From Azolla caroliniana (lineage: Eukaryota > Plantae > Polypodiophyta), in contig JBHGNT010000001.1 of assembly GCA_043228905.1 (NCBI GenBank), positions 28,024,001 to 28,088,000 on the forward strand: a stretch of DNA of 64,000 nt, given 5' to 3'. Positions 11,001 through 22,600 of this stretch are shown here, piece after piece (the stretch's first letter is position 1; each line of letters opens with the position of its first letter). The notes below the pieces were generated by a model. It saw only the letters and a program-made list of their open reading frames with translations. It had not been told where the DNA came from and ran no database searches. Made by a program: the position numbers and the translations under genes.

Positions 11001-13429
11001 CGTGCCGCTATGGACGAAGAAATGCGGGCACTCAATGCCAACGAAACTTGGGACCTAGTTGATCCTCCCCGTCATTGTAAACCTGTCGGATGCAAGTGGG
11101 TGTACAAGGTCAAGTACAACGCCGACGGTTCTGTTAACCGGTACAAAGCCCGGTTAGTGGCGAAGGGATACGCGCAGACCCACGGAATCGACTACGATGA
11201 GACCTTCGCTCCTGTGGCGAAGATGACGACGGTTCGTGTGGTATTGGCGGTTGCTGTGGCAAGGGGGTGGCATCTTCACCAGATGGATGTGAAGAATGCC
11301 TTCCTTTAAGGAGAGCTTGAAGAAGAAGTCTTTATGACTCAGCCCCCTGGATTTCACTCGGAGATGAACAAGTCGGCAGTATGCTGACTGAAGAAGTCGC
11401 TTTACGGCTTGAAGCAAGCCCCTTGAGCCTGGAACACGAAGATCACGCACCGGTTGCGTAAGCTGGGGTTTGCTGTCTCTAAGTCGGACTCTTCATTGTT
11501 CATCCGGCAAGGCTCTGACGGTCCGGTATGTATACTCTTGTATGTGGATGATTTAGTCATCACCGGAACGGGTCTTCCCGAAATCAACCACGTCAAGTCC
11601 CAGTTGTCGGATGCATTCGAAATGAAGGACCTGGGGGACCTTCATTATTTTCTTGGGATCGAAGTGATCCGGACCCCCGATGGCATATTGCTCTCACAAC
11701 GACATTACGTGTTGAATATGTTGTTTAAGTTCGGCATGATGGATTGCCGACCTGTCTCCACACCCCTGGACCGGAACCAGAAGCTCCGTCCCAACTCCGG
11801 ACCGGCCTGCAATGAGAAACGGTTCCGACAGGTTGTGGGAAGTCTGATCTACTTAACCATCACCCGACCCGACATCAGCTATCCGGTCGGCATGGTAAGT
11901 CAGTTCATGCAGAAGCCGACCGTGGAGCACCTTCAATGCGCGCAACGAATATTACGGTATGTCAGCGGCACTAAGGACCGGGGACTGCTATACCGGCGAG
12001 GTATACCCGAAGAGCTTGTCAGTTACACAGATGCTTACTGGGCCGACGATGCGTCTGATCGCCGCTCCACTTCCGGATACATGTTCTCCATAGGTAGCGC
12101 GGCCGTTGCGTGGAGCAGCAAGAAGCAGCCCACAATGGCTTTGTCAAGCACTGAGGCTGAGTACCGGGCCGCTACCGTTGCCACCATTCAAGCCATCTGG
12201 CTTCGGCGACTGCTGCAAGACTTGCGAATCGAGGTGCCGACCCCGATCCCGATTTACTACGATAACATGAGCAGCCTGCAGCTCGCCAGGAACCCTGTGT
12301 TCCATGCTCGCACAAAGCACATCGAGGTGCACTACCACTGCGTGCGTGAGCGGGTCCTGAGCGGTGAAGTTGACCTACGGTATGTTCATACGGATCGGCA
12401 AGTTGCCGACATCTTCACCAAGCCGCTCGGATCGGACAAATTGCAGCACTTTACCGACATGCTTGGTATTCAACATCTCGACGTGCCGCACTTGAGGGGG
12501 AGAAGCAAGGGCAAAGTCTCTACCGAAACTGGCAAAGGCAAAAAAACTATTGAATCCATCGGTAAGAGGAGAGCCGGAAGAAGAGGAGACAAGAAGACTC
12601 GGAAGTGGTCCGATGTGGTGAGAGGCCTGAAGTCGGAAGTCGAATCGGAGTGTACCGATTCGGACAAGAGCTGGAACGAGTCGGAGACAGCTGACTCGGA
12701 TCAACAGATGGACCCGGATGAGTCGGATCGACTGAAGGCCAAGGGGACACGAACACAACGGAAGTCGATGCCATCGTGGGAAAACCAACGGATCGGCAAG
12801 CGCCGGAGTCACAGCAACGTGACTGCTGAGATGGGCCTATTGAGCAGACATGCCGACCGAGAGGGTCGAGGCGCGCAGAACCAAAGGGGTCGCGGCAAAC
12901 GGGACCGGACCGGACGAGGAGCGCGAGCAAGGTGGAGTGACGCCAGGAGAAGTCGGTTGAAAGAACCGACTGCCACAGAGGTCGACACTACGACCCCACC
13001 TCAGGTTTAGCTTGAGGGGGAGTGTTGAGCGGCAAGCTCAACCGGAGCCGGATCGGCTGAATAAGCCGGAGCCGGTAAGCGAGACGGATCGGGCGAAACG
13101 GATCGGTATGACGGTGAGCAACCGAACCGGCAAGCAGTGGAGGCCGGGTGCAATCCGTAACCGGCAGTCCAATCGGAAGCCTAGAATAGAATAGACTACT
13201 AGGTATCTATAGTCTCGTAGTAAGTGTCAGATGCTCGTGTGAGCATCGAAGTACATGGTACTTCTGTCAGTCCCAAGAGGACTTGTATAAATAGTGCTAC
13301 TTAGCATAGTGTGTAAACACAGAGTCTTGATATAATTTTGAAATTGTGTTATGCTCTCTCTGTCTCTGTCTCTGTCTCTGTCTCTCTGTTGTTCTCTGTT
13401 TTACGCTTCCGCAAACACTTACGTTTACA
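7701..13429 (+). mobile_element. Ty1/copia element C with two 407-bp LTRs but no TSD
   Basis: LTRs 7701-8107 and 13023-13429 (TG..CA); PBS TGGTATCAGAGC 8108-8119; PPT GAGGGGGAG 13014-13022; flanks ATACT vs GAAAG. Confidence 0.93.
8202..13010 (+). pseudogene. gag-pol of copia C, disrupted, with C-terminal extension
   Basis: [60 protein letters not shown]; stops at 9582, 10896, 11307 and a frameshift near 10175. Confidence 0.93.
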
Positions 13430-16400
13430 GAAAGCCGAAGATGAATGGGGAGCGGGGTCAAAGCAGACTTGGCCGATTGCATGTTGAAGCGTTCCAAGAC
13501 ACGTCCAATGTAGTCGATTTGAGACAAAAAAAGTTGTCTTTTGGCGCGATTCCGACTAATCTTCATTCCGAGTATGTGTCTTGTCGGACCGAGGTCCTTC
13601 ATGGCAAACTTCAATCGCAGTTTCCGAACGAGTTCGGTGAGCTCTCCGGTATGCCGACCGAAGAGTAGCATGTCGTCCACGTAGATGATGAGGAAGACGG
13701 GAGAACCGTCTTGAGCGGTTTTGGTGAAGAGGCAGTGGTCCTCATCGCTCTTGGAGAAGCCGACCGACTGGATGAAATCGTCGAACTTCTTGTACCACTG
13801 TCAGGGTGCCTGTTTCAGGCCGTAAAGACTCTTCCTGAGTCGGCAGACTAGATGTTCCTGACCGGTGGCCACAAAGCCTTTCGGCTGCTCCATGTAGATT
13901 TCCTCCTGTAGATCACCGTGGAGGAATGCCGTTTTCACATCTAGCTGAATCAGCTCCAAATTGTTGGCAGCCACAACACCGAGCATGAAACGAAGGGTTG
14001 TCATTTTCACCACTGGTGAAAAGATTTCGTTGAAGTTGATGCCATATTCCTGTCGAAATCCCTTCGCAACTAATCTGGCCTTGTACTTTGGGGTGGTCGA
14101 GTCAGACGTCTCCTTTAGTCTATAGACCCACTTGCAAGGAAGAGCACGTTGATTCTTCGGTAAGTCGACCAGATCCCAAGTCTTGTTGGCGCAGATGGAG
14201 TGCATTTCCGACTCCATTGCCAGATGCCAGGTGGCTGAATCGGCAGCTGCCGATGCTTCTTCGTAGGACGTCGGTTCGCCGGCGTCGGTGAAGAAAATTC
14301 CGGGAGAGTACCTCTCCGGAGGTTGCGACAATCTCTCGGATCTTCGAGGTATGACTGGACTGGTCACACCGGGTGTCGATGTCGGATGGTCAAAAGCCGA
14401 GCCATTCGGCTGTGCCGAATCTGTGGATTCGGTGCGAGAGAGGTCGATTACCCGTGAAACCGGTCTCGTGTTGTGTGTTGGGCCATCATGAAGGGTTGGC
14501 ACTTCGAAAAATATTACCCTTTGGATTTCAATAGGCCTTTCGGCCGTTTTGTGCATAGTCAACTCGTTGAACACGACGTCCGAACTTCGGACGATTTGCC
14601 TGTGCTCGGGGTCCTAGAGTCGGTATCCGATCTCGTCGTCGGGTCCATACCCGAGGAAAACGCATTTCCTTGATCTCGGTTCGAGTTTTCGGCGATCGTC
14701 TTTCGGTATGAGGGCGTATGCCTCGCAACCGAAAATCCTCAGCTTGTCATAATTCGGCTTTCTGCCGGTCCATATTTCCTGAGGTATCTTAAGTCCTAGA
14801 GGTCTACTTGGCGACATATTGATTATGTGTACTACCGTGAGTAGAGCCTCTGCCCAGAAGCCATCCGACAGTCCGGAGTGTTGGAGCATGGATACAACGT
14901 GTTCTTGAATCGTCTGATTCATGCGTTCTGCGATTTCGTTCTGCTCCGGACTATATGGTGTCGTATATTCACGTCTAATACCGCGTTCTCGGCAAAATTT
15001 GACGAATTCATCAGATTTGAACTCACCTCCATTGTCGGTTCGGAGACACTTTAGTTTCCGACCGGTCTGGTTTTCGACCATTGCGAGCCAATCTGAGAAG
15101 ATCGAGAACACCCGATCTTTGGTTCTGATGGGGTAAGCCCACACCTTCCGAGTCGAGTTGTCAATGAAACTGACGAAGTACGAGGCACCACCGAGTGACT
15201 GATGTGGCATCGGGCCACAGACGTCCGAGTGGACCAAATCGAGCGGGCTCGACTCTCTTGGTTCTGATGTCGGGTGTGATGTAGCTACCTGTTTGTCGTA
15301 CTGGCAATGCTCGCAAAACTAATGGTCCGAGAAGGAGAGTTTCGGGATGTATTCGGCTCTGGATAGGTGCGTGATGCCGGCCTTGCTGAGGTGTCCAAGT
15401 CGTCCATGCCTAAGGATGACACAGGGATATCTACCAGAAATAAGTCACCCTCTCTGAGTGTGACATACAAAGGGTACAATGAGTGTACCTTTGGTCCTCT
15501 CGCAAGCAGGAGGTTCCCTATGTGGAGTGTCCACCCTCCTGATGAGAAACCAGCACGGATGCTAGCTTCATCAAGTTGTCCGACTGAGATCAAGGGTCGT
15601 GAGAGCTCAGGAACGTGTCGGACGTTGTGTAGTACGAGTGTAGAGCCACCCGGAAGGTTGAGCTCTACGGTGCCGATTCCGATGATAGCACAGTGATGCG
15701 AATTTCCGACCCGAACTGAGTCGGAGTGCCAGTCCGAATATTGTTGAAACTGTGATCGGTGAGGTGTCACGTGATATGACGCGCCCGAGTCCAGAAGCCA
15801 TGTGCTCGATTCCTCAGTCGTAAGCAGAACTTCTGATTCGATTGGATTCTCTATGGACAATATGTTCGGGTCGGTCGTCAATATCTTGGCTGAAGAGCCG
15901 ACGTAGTTGACTTCCTCATGCCGGTTACTCCTCTGATCAGCTCTCTGAGCTTTGTTTGTCCTTGACTTGAGTACCCAATAGTCGGCCTTGATGTGTCCTA
16001 GTTTCTTGCAGTAGTTGCAAATTCGGGTTTCCAAGGACTTGCTGCGGCTTCGCTGATTTGTCAGCGGTCGGAAGAGCTTCTTCCCCGGTTGTTCGATCGG
16101 TCGGTCGAACCTTGTACTACATAGGCTTCTTCTGCCGAGTCTTTGGTGAAAGACTTTCTCCGAGCTGCTTCAGTCAGGATTGCACTTGTGACTTCGGAGT
16201 ACTTGATGGCAGTCGTAGAAGCATTGCACACAGTTGTAACGAAGGTTTCCCAAGAGGAGGGAAGACTGCTCATGAGTATCATTGCTCTGAGTTCATCCTC
16301 GATTGTCGTCCCCTGTGACGAGATTTGGGAGCTCAAACTTTCGTACTCGTTAAGGTGTGCCTGAACCGAATCAGAGTCTTTCATCCGCAAGTTGTAGAGG

Positions 16401-16723
16401 CGCCGGATCAAATACATCTTCGTTGAGGCGACCTTCTTTTCGTAGGTTTCTGACAGCTTCTTCCAAAGTTCGAAGGCTGTCATGCACGATTGCACTATGA
16501 AGTACACTGAATTCGACAGGTGCATCCAAATCGTGGCGCTGACGATTCTGTCCAGCTTCTGCCACTCATTTGCCTTGTATATTTTTGGAGCAATTTCATT
16601 CTCAATCGGATCGATCTGACCCTTGACTATAAGATAGTCCTGCATTTGCTCCTTCCAAAAATTGAAGTTCGAACCGTCGAACCTCCTTAGACTCATTTCC
16701 GATGAGCCGGATGTTGATGCCAT
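13430..16723 (-). pseudogene. gag-pol of copia D, disrupted and truncated
   Basis: [52 protein letters not shown]; several frameshifts and stops. Confidence 0.9.
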
Positions 16724-17754
16724 CAGATTCGGTTTCGGTTGACGAAGCTCGGTTTGGAGTTGACTACGAACTTTGTTGGAGTGCAGCCGATCGGATCGGC
16801 TCACCCGATATCGTTCTAGTCGGATTTGAACCCGAGTCGGTTTGGTTTTGGATATATGTATTGTTGAACTTGCTCGAATTGACTCCGGTAACTTGAGGGA
16901 CATAACCGACTGGTCTCCTGGAATGTTGCCGAGTCGGAGTGAGCCCAGTTCGCTTCCGGATATATATGCCAAATACCGATTATTGAAGCCGATTGTCTGG
17001 ACCGATTCTGCTTCGGGTGACTGCAGTGACGAGAGAGACGAATCCAATTGATCCTCCCGAATGTCGATCAGTCGGATGAAGCACAAATTGGGGTTGTTGT
17101 CTTGAGACCGATCTGCACCGAGTGGTTACAACGGGCGGCGAGTAGCGTTCGGTGACCTGTTCGGATGCCGTTTAACCGAGTGGAGCACGATCGTGTCAAT
17201 GTTGCACAAGGGGATTTCACCTTGAGCGGTTACGATCACGAGGAACAGAGTACAGCCGACTGGCTTACTCCAAGAGAAGATGATCTAACGCGATGAGATG
17301 CAAGCCTCGTTTTTCTTCTTCTTCTCTCTTCTCTGTTTCTTCAAATACAAAACAGAAAAAAAGAGGAATGTTGTGATCCAAAGATTCGAATGGCGGCCGA
17401 CAGCGGGATGAAGGACATCCAAGCTCTGATACCAAATGTAGGGAATGAACAAGGCCGTCAGTGCGGAAGAGATCACATAGTATGATACTGTGAGGAAGAA
17501 AATATCTGCGTATGAGAAAGGCAAGAACAAAATACGTACAGAGAGAGAGAGAGAGAGAGAGAGCGAGAGGCACAAAGAATATCTATATTCACAAAAGGGC
17601 AACAACTCTATCAATGAACAACCAACCTTTACAAAAAGGTTACAAAGTCACTATATATAGTGACTCACTTAGGGCAACTGCCCTTTAAGTTATTTATAGA
17701 AATAGCCCGAACTTAGGCTCTCTAAGAGGATAGTGTGAATACGTCCATTATACA
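13430..17754 (-). mobile_element. Ty1/copia element D (Tnt1/Tork-like), 3' half of RT, RNase H and 3' LTR missing
   Basis: 5' LTR about 17437-17754 (TGTA..TACA); Met-i PBS 17423-17434 (minus); sequence ends abruptly at the LTR of C inside RT (SALTPLPIHLRLS). Confidence 0.88.
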
Positions 17755-17957
17755 TTTGTATTCGATAGTGAGCGTGGTCCCCGCGTCTCGTCGAGGTATT
17801 TGGGGAGCGAAGGATCCCCTTTGCACTCACGGCAGGTAGTACTGAGGTCGCTGAGGCGCAGCTTTTGCCATGCGCGTTCTTCTGCCTGGCGTGTGACGGA
17901 CCTTGTTATTGGCCGGTCTTGTCGTGTTGGTTCTCTGGGTCGTTTGCGGCTAAACAT
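17755..17957 (-). pseudogene. N-terminal fragment of an element-A ORF (MFSRKRPREPTRQDRPITRS...), cut by the LTR of D
   Basis: ATG about 37 nt downstream of the minus-strand PBS-like motif; open until the D LTR boundary. Confidence 0.5.
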
Positions 17958-17993
17958 CCATTCGTTGTTGCTCGTCTGTGAGGAAACACAGAT

Positions 17994-18007
17994 CACCAAG
18001 TGTGCCA
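17994..18007 (-). promoter_or_regulatory. Second tRNA-Arg-like PBS motif TGGCACACTTGGTG, 4 nt inside the right LTR
   Basis: 12/14 match to the recalled TGGCACGCCTGGTG; both mismatches are transitions. Confidence 0.6.
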
Positions 18008-18011
18008 AAAG

Positions 18012-18450
18012 TGTTGCCGTTTAGGAACACGGTCCGTAGTCAGTCCTTCGACCTAGACCTCAAAGTGGGTGTGGAACCACGAACAGGGGTTTAAGCGTAA
18101 TGCGTAAGGGAAGAACCCCTGTACCCTATCAACGTATAAGGGAAGACGGCTACAACCGAATCCCTATCAAGGGTTACACTTACATACTTCAATGCTTAAG
18201 TATTCAAGACACCCACACTAAATTAGCCGTAGCTATACATAGAAAATCAGAGAAGATAGAATTCTATTATCAGGCGTTTCCTTACATTCCCAAAATTACA
18301 CGCACCTCCATCAAAGGTTTTCTGCCCTTTATATATGCAGGCTCTAATTAGCCGTTCACGCTCCCTGCGTGAACCGTTACATGCGTTATGCTCTTATATA
18401 ATTTCTTATTCCTACGCTTTTGTCCGTCGGTTACTATCCGGCGGACAACA
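18012..18450 (-). repeat. LTR of element A (right copy, 439 bp)
   Basis: Aligns to 217-656; followed by TSD CTAAC. Confidence 0.95.
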
Positions 18451-19560
18451 CTAACCTTCAACTTTGATAAGAGCCTCAACAAATAGAAAATGATTACTCT
18501 TCAGATATGGGCTACCATCTTATCGATGAGATTTTGAATATAATGGTCGACATCTAGTTTGCCCTAGGCTATACTATGTATGGATGCCTCTTCTTCATTG
18601 TTTGTTTGCCACACTACCCATTATTGGTTTGTTGGGAATATGAATGAAAATTTCAAGTTTACCACACCCATGCAATACATAACCTTGCCACCCTTAACAT
18701 CTAATGTCTTTGTCATGTCTACCCACCCCAATCACCTCCCTTCTTATACCGCCATCCTTAACATCCCCCAATGTCACCGTCTTTGCACTACCATTATCCA
18801 AACCTTCCACATCCTTTGTTCCATCCCAACCTCTCAATCTCCCCAACCACCCATCAACCAATGTTCTCAAAGATTTCCTCTCCACTTAGTACATATTTCG
18901 TTAGTTGGCTATCTAGTTTTGGGCCAACCTTTTAAGATAGCCCACCCAATAGCCCAAACCTTGAATCAATTAACCCATTTACTTCTTACACATCTACACA
19001 GTGGACATAGAAGTCTGTGAATGAGCACAAAACATGTTGACAAATCCACATCATGATGATTTACACAAAAAGAAGAATCACGAGATCAAGATACATATTA
19101 TCATCTAGTCGTGGCCACTAGAGAGTTCTCGTGGGAGTTCTAAATCACATATGCTATGAACAACCATAGTTAGATGAGAGTCTTGTAATGAGTGCGAATC
19201 CTCGAGAGTGAACTGGCTCTCACACAAGCAACCAAAGCACTACATTGAGGAGAAGAATGAAATGACCCGGATAAGACGACTACGTGATGTAACACTATGT
19301 TGGTGAATTTTATTGGCTATATGATACATGGTCACGATCTCTTAGAGAGTTTTCTCTGGACTCCGAACGAACCATTCTATCCCATGGTTGTTAATAATCC
19401 CTAGACGAATTGATAAATTTAGTTCTCTGGATATTAACAATTTCCATTTCTTGCTTTTCTTTTGCTTCGTATCGAAATCGAGTACATAATAAAAAGCAAA
19501 AACAAATAACAGTCCGCCTCCACAATGTTTTTCTATGTTCTTTTCACAGGGTGGCTCAGA

Positions 19561-19569
19561 AAACCCTAA
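19561..19569 (+). promoter_or_regulatory. Telo-box AAACCCTAA upstream of SEC11
   Basis: Exact motif about 120 nt before the ATG; common near plant housekeeping and translation-related genes. Confidence 0.4.
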
Positions 19570-19686
19570 TTATTTTTGTTTTCTGCTTTCCTTCTTTACA
19601 CAAGGAAAGAAAGAGGCAAAAACCGCAATTCTTCCTCTTCTGCCTAAATAGTTAGATTCAGCGAAGTAAACTGCTCAGCGTCAATC

Positions 19687-22600
19687 ATGATGACAGGGAT
19701 TAAGGATAGTATTGCAGAGACAGTGCAATCTATTCGTTCAATTCAAATCAGACAGCTTATTATGCAGATAATTACACTTGGTTAGTAACCCTTTTTCTTC
19801 CTTACATTTCTTTCCTAATCCTTTTTCTTTGAATTGGCTGAGGAAAAACTTTCTCTTCACAAGTATTTTTGGTTTTTAAGTTAATTGATTTTATCAAGAT
19901 TCTTTTTAAATATCACAATTTTTTTTTCATTGTTTGAAAATTTTAAGGAAAAATCTTCGTTTATTGATTGATTGATGAATTAATAAATGCTGGTGTTTAT
20001 TGATTGATAAATTAATCTACTACAACGAACATGATGCAGCCAAATTCACTTGGTCAGGATCCCATCCGTTCCTTTTTATTTTTAGTACATGCTAGAAAAG
20101 GCTTTTTCCATTTCCGCCGTTGATTTTTTGCTATATTATTTTAAAGGAAAACTCATTTACACCTTTCTACTGTTTTGAAAAAAATGGTATGGAAAAATCA
20201 TCCATATGAAAAAACTCACATAACCTCAATTGAAATCTTATATTCAAACATAAGTACTGCTATAGTGACTCAATAATGGGTTTGTTAATCCATGAGTCAG
20301 TCAACTAATATATGTTATTAATCAACAAACAAAATGATGCACCTTATTAGACTAGGGGAATGCATGTTTTGTTGTTGACGTTTTGCTTTTTTTCTATTGT
20401 ATCATGGAAAAATCTCTCTTTTTTCCGTGATGTTCTTTTTTTATGGTGCAGTAAAACTCAGCTACATGGAAGACACGCATGAGACTGATATTCAATCACT
20501 ATAAACGTGAAATAATTACCCAGTAATGAATTTGTTGATATTCCACAACAGCAGCATGATGTAGATCATTACACTTGTTGGGTGACCATTTTCTTTTTTT
20601 AGTAACTTATTTTCACGTTAAGGAGAAACACTTTCTTCATTTTGTTTCTTGCTCCTTTTTATCATGTTAAGAGAAAACCCCCGTTATTTCTGTTCCTTAA
20701 AAAAATGGTTTCAAAAGCCGATCTCTATGAAAGATACACCTAATATTCAGTCACCACAAGCACGAGCACTGACATAGTGAGACAATACCGCGTTTGTTGA
20801 TTGGTGAATAAATAAATAAATCGTAATGCATAAACTCAGTTTACCTTATGCAACAACATGATCCTCAAAGAATCAGGATTGCAAAGGAGTTATTTTTCCT
20901 CTAATAATGTTTTGTGTGAGGAAAAAACTTGATTTCCAATAACATTGGAATTAATACTGGTTTGTAAAGAACGCCCTTTTCTTCTAAATGCATTTACATG
21001 GCTATGGGATTGTAAAGGAATACTTTGATACATGGTTGAAATTTGTGTCTATATGAATAAGTGAATAGTTTGCCATACGAGAAGTTGAATTTCTCGCTGG
21101 GATTTGCATATGATTTCAAGACATGTCTATAAAATAAAAACTTTTCCTTTATCATTTCTTGGCTTTTGCTTTCTTTTTTTCATGCTAAGGAAAAGTTTTC
21201 CATATGAAAGACCTGCATCAGGCATAAACTGTGCTCAAGTGTAGGTTCCTATATCTCATTGTGAATCTCGTCAAACTAATAAGTTTTTTCTATGCAGGTA
21301 TGATCATGTCTGCGGCTCTTATAATGTGGAAAGTGCTGGTATTGTTCACAGGTAGTCAATCACCAGTGGTAGTAGTTCTTTCTGAGAGCATGGAACCAGG
21401 GTTTCAAAGAGTAAGCTTCTTTATATGGATGCAATGTATCTGGTTAATTTTTAAAGTCTCAAATCCATAATATTTTTGTATTTTTCATTATAGGGCGATA
21501 TTCTATTTCTAAACATGGACAAGAAGCCTGTTCAAGCAGGAGATATTGTGGTGTTCAATATAGATGTAGGAAAGCACTTTTGTGAAAAATAGTTACTTTT
21601 TTATTTCAATTTTGGACTGAAAATAAGTTTTCTAATTCTTGTTGCAGGGCCGAGATATACCAATAGTTCACAGAGTCATCAAGGTGAGTGTGCATTTATG
21701 GTTAATTGTGCTTTTTCAAAATCAACAAAATGATACATATTCATTAAAAGAGTTAAAAGGATTACCATTCTGAAATTTTGCTCAAGTATAAGGCAGTATA
21801 GGGTTGAGTGTCACTTCTTTTTGAATGAAAACTGGATTCAAAATTTAATTGTAGCTTAGAAGTTGTTTGATGCTGGAGTTAGGTGTATCATGTGGGTACT
21901 TTGTTGAATTTCAAGGATTTCTAGTCCTTGCGTTGTGGTTAATGATGTCATAATGGTGATTCACGATAGAATGCTTATCATACTGCAGTCATCTACAATT
22001 GAATGCTAAATTATAGCTTGGAGATATTCATGTCAATGAATATGGGATCAGAATGTGAGTTTGGGAGAATATTGGCACGCTGATGGCGATATTTTCTACC
22101 ATACAATTTGAACTTCTGACTGTTTTTTGTTTCTCATTAAGATGCCTTGAATGACATGAAGATCTATAGTTAGGTTTGAAATCAATCTGTCTCAGGGTTT
22201 ATGTTGTCATCTCCACTTAATAGTATTCTCCAATTATCTCGCAATCCTTATGGGCATTTAGCATTGTTATATTGACATGTGTCTCTTTCGATGTTGTAGT
22301 TTACATCTTTATTTGTGGTCAGGGAGTTTAATGTGTACTTGTTGTACTTACAGTGGTTGAATTGCTTGTAATTTTGATCGATTTAGGTTCAATCCATTCA
22401 TTTTAAGCGATTAATAATGTAATAAGTGATTCAGGAAATAAGATGAAGAGAGACACATGCAAAAAAAATTATGAGTTGCATTAGAACAATTCAATCTTGA
22501 ATACTATAATGAATCCCTCTTTTTATAGGGTCATGAAAAGAATGATAGGAGTTTGCATTAAAATAATTCAATCTTGAATACTACAACAAGAACTATGTCA

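Larger units (their letters stand above)
217..18450 (-). mobile_element. Outer LTR element (A), Tat/gypsy-like PBS, no recognisable gag-pol left; hosts three nested copia elements
   Basis: Direct repeats 217-656 and 18012-18450 (TGTT...AACA), about 20 substitutions + 1 indel by eye; TSD CTAAC at 212-216 and 18451-18455. Minus orientation inferred from TATATAAAGG on the minus strand of the LTR and from the direction of the internal ORF. Confidence 0.9.
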
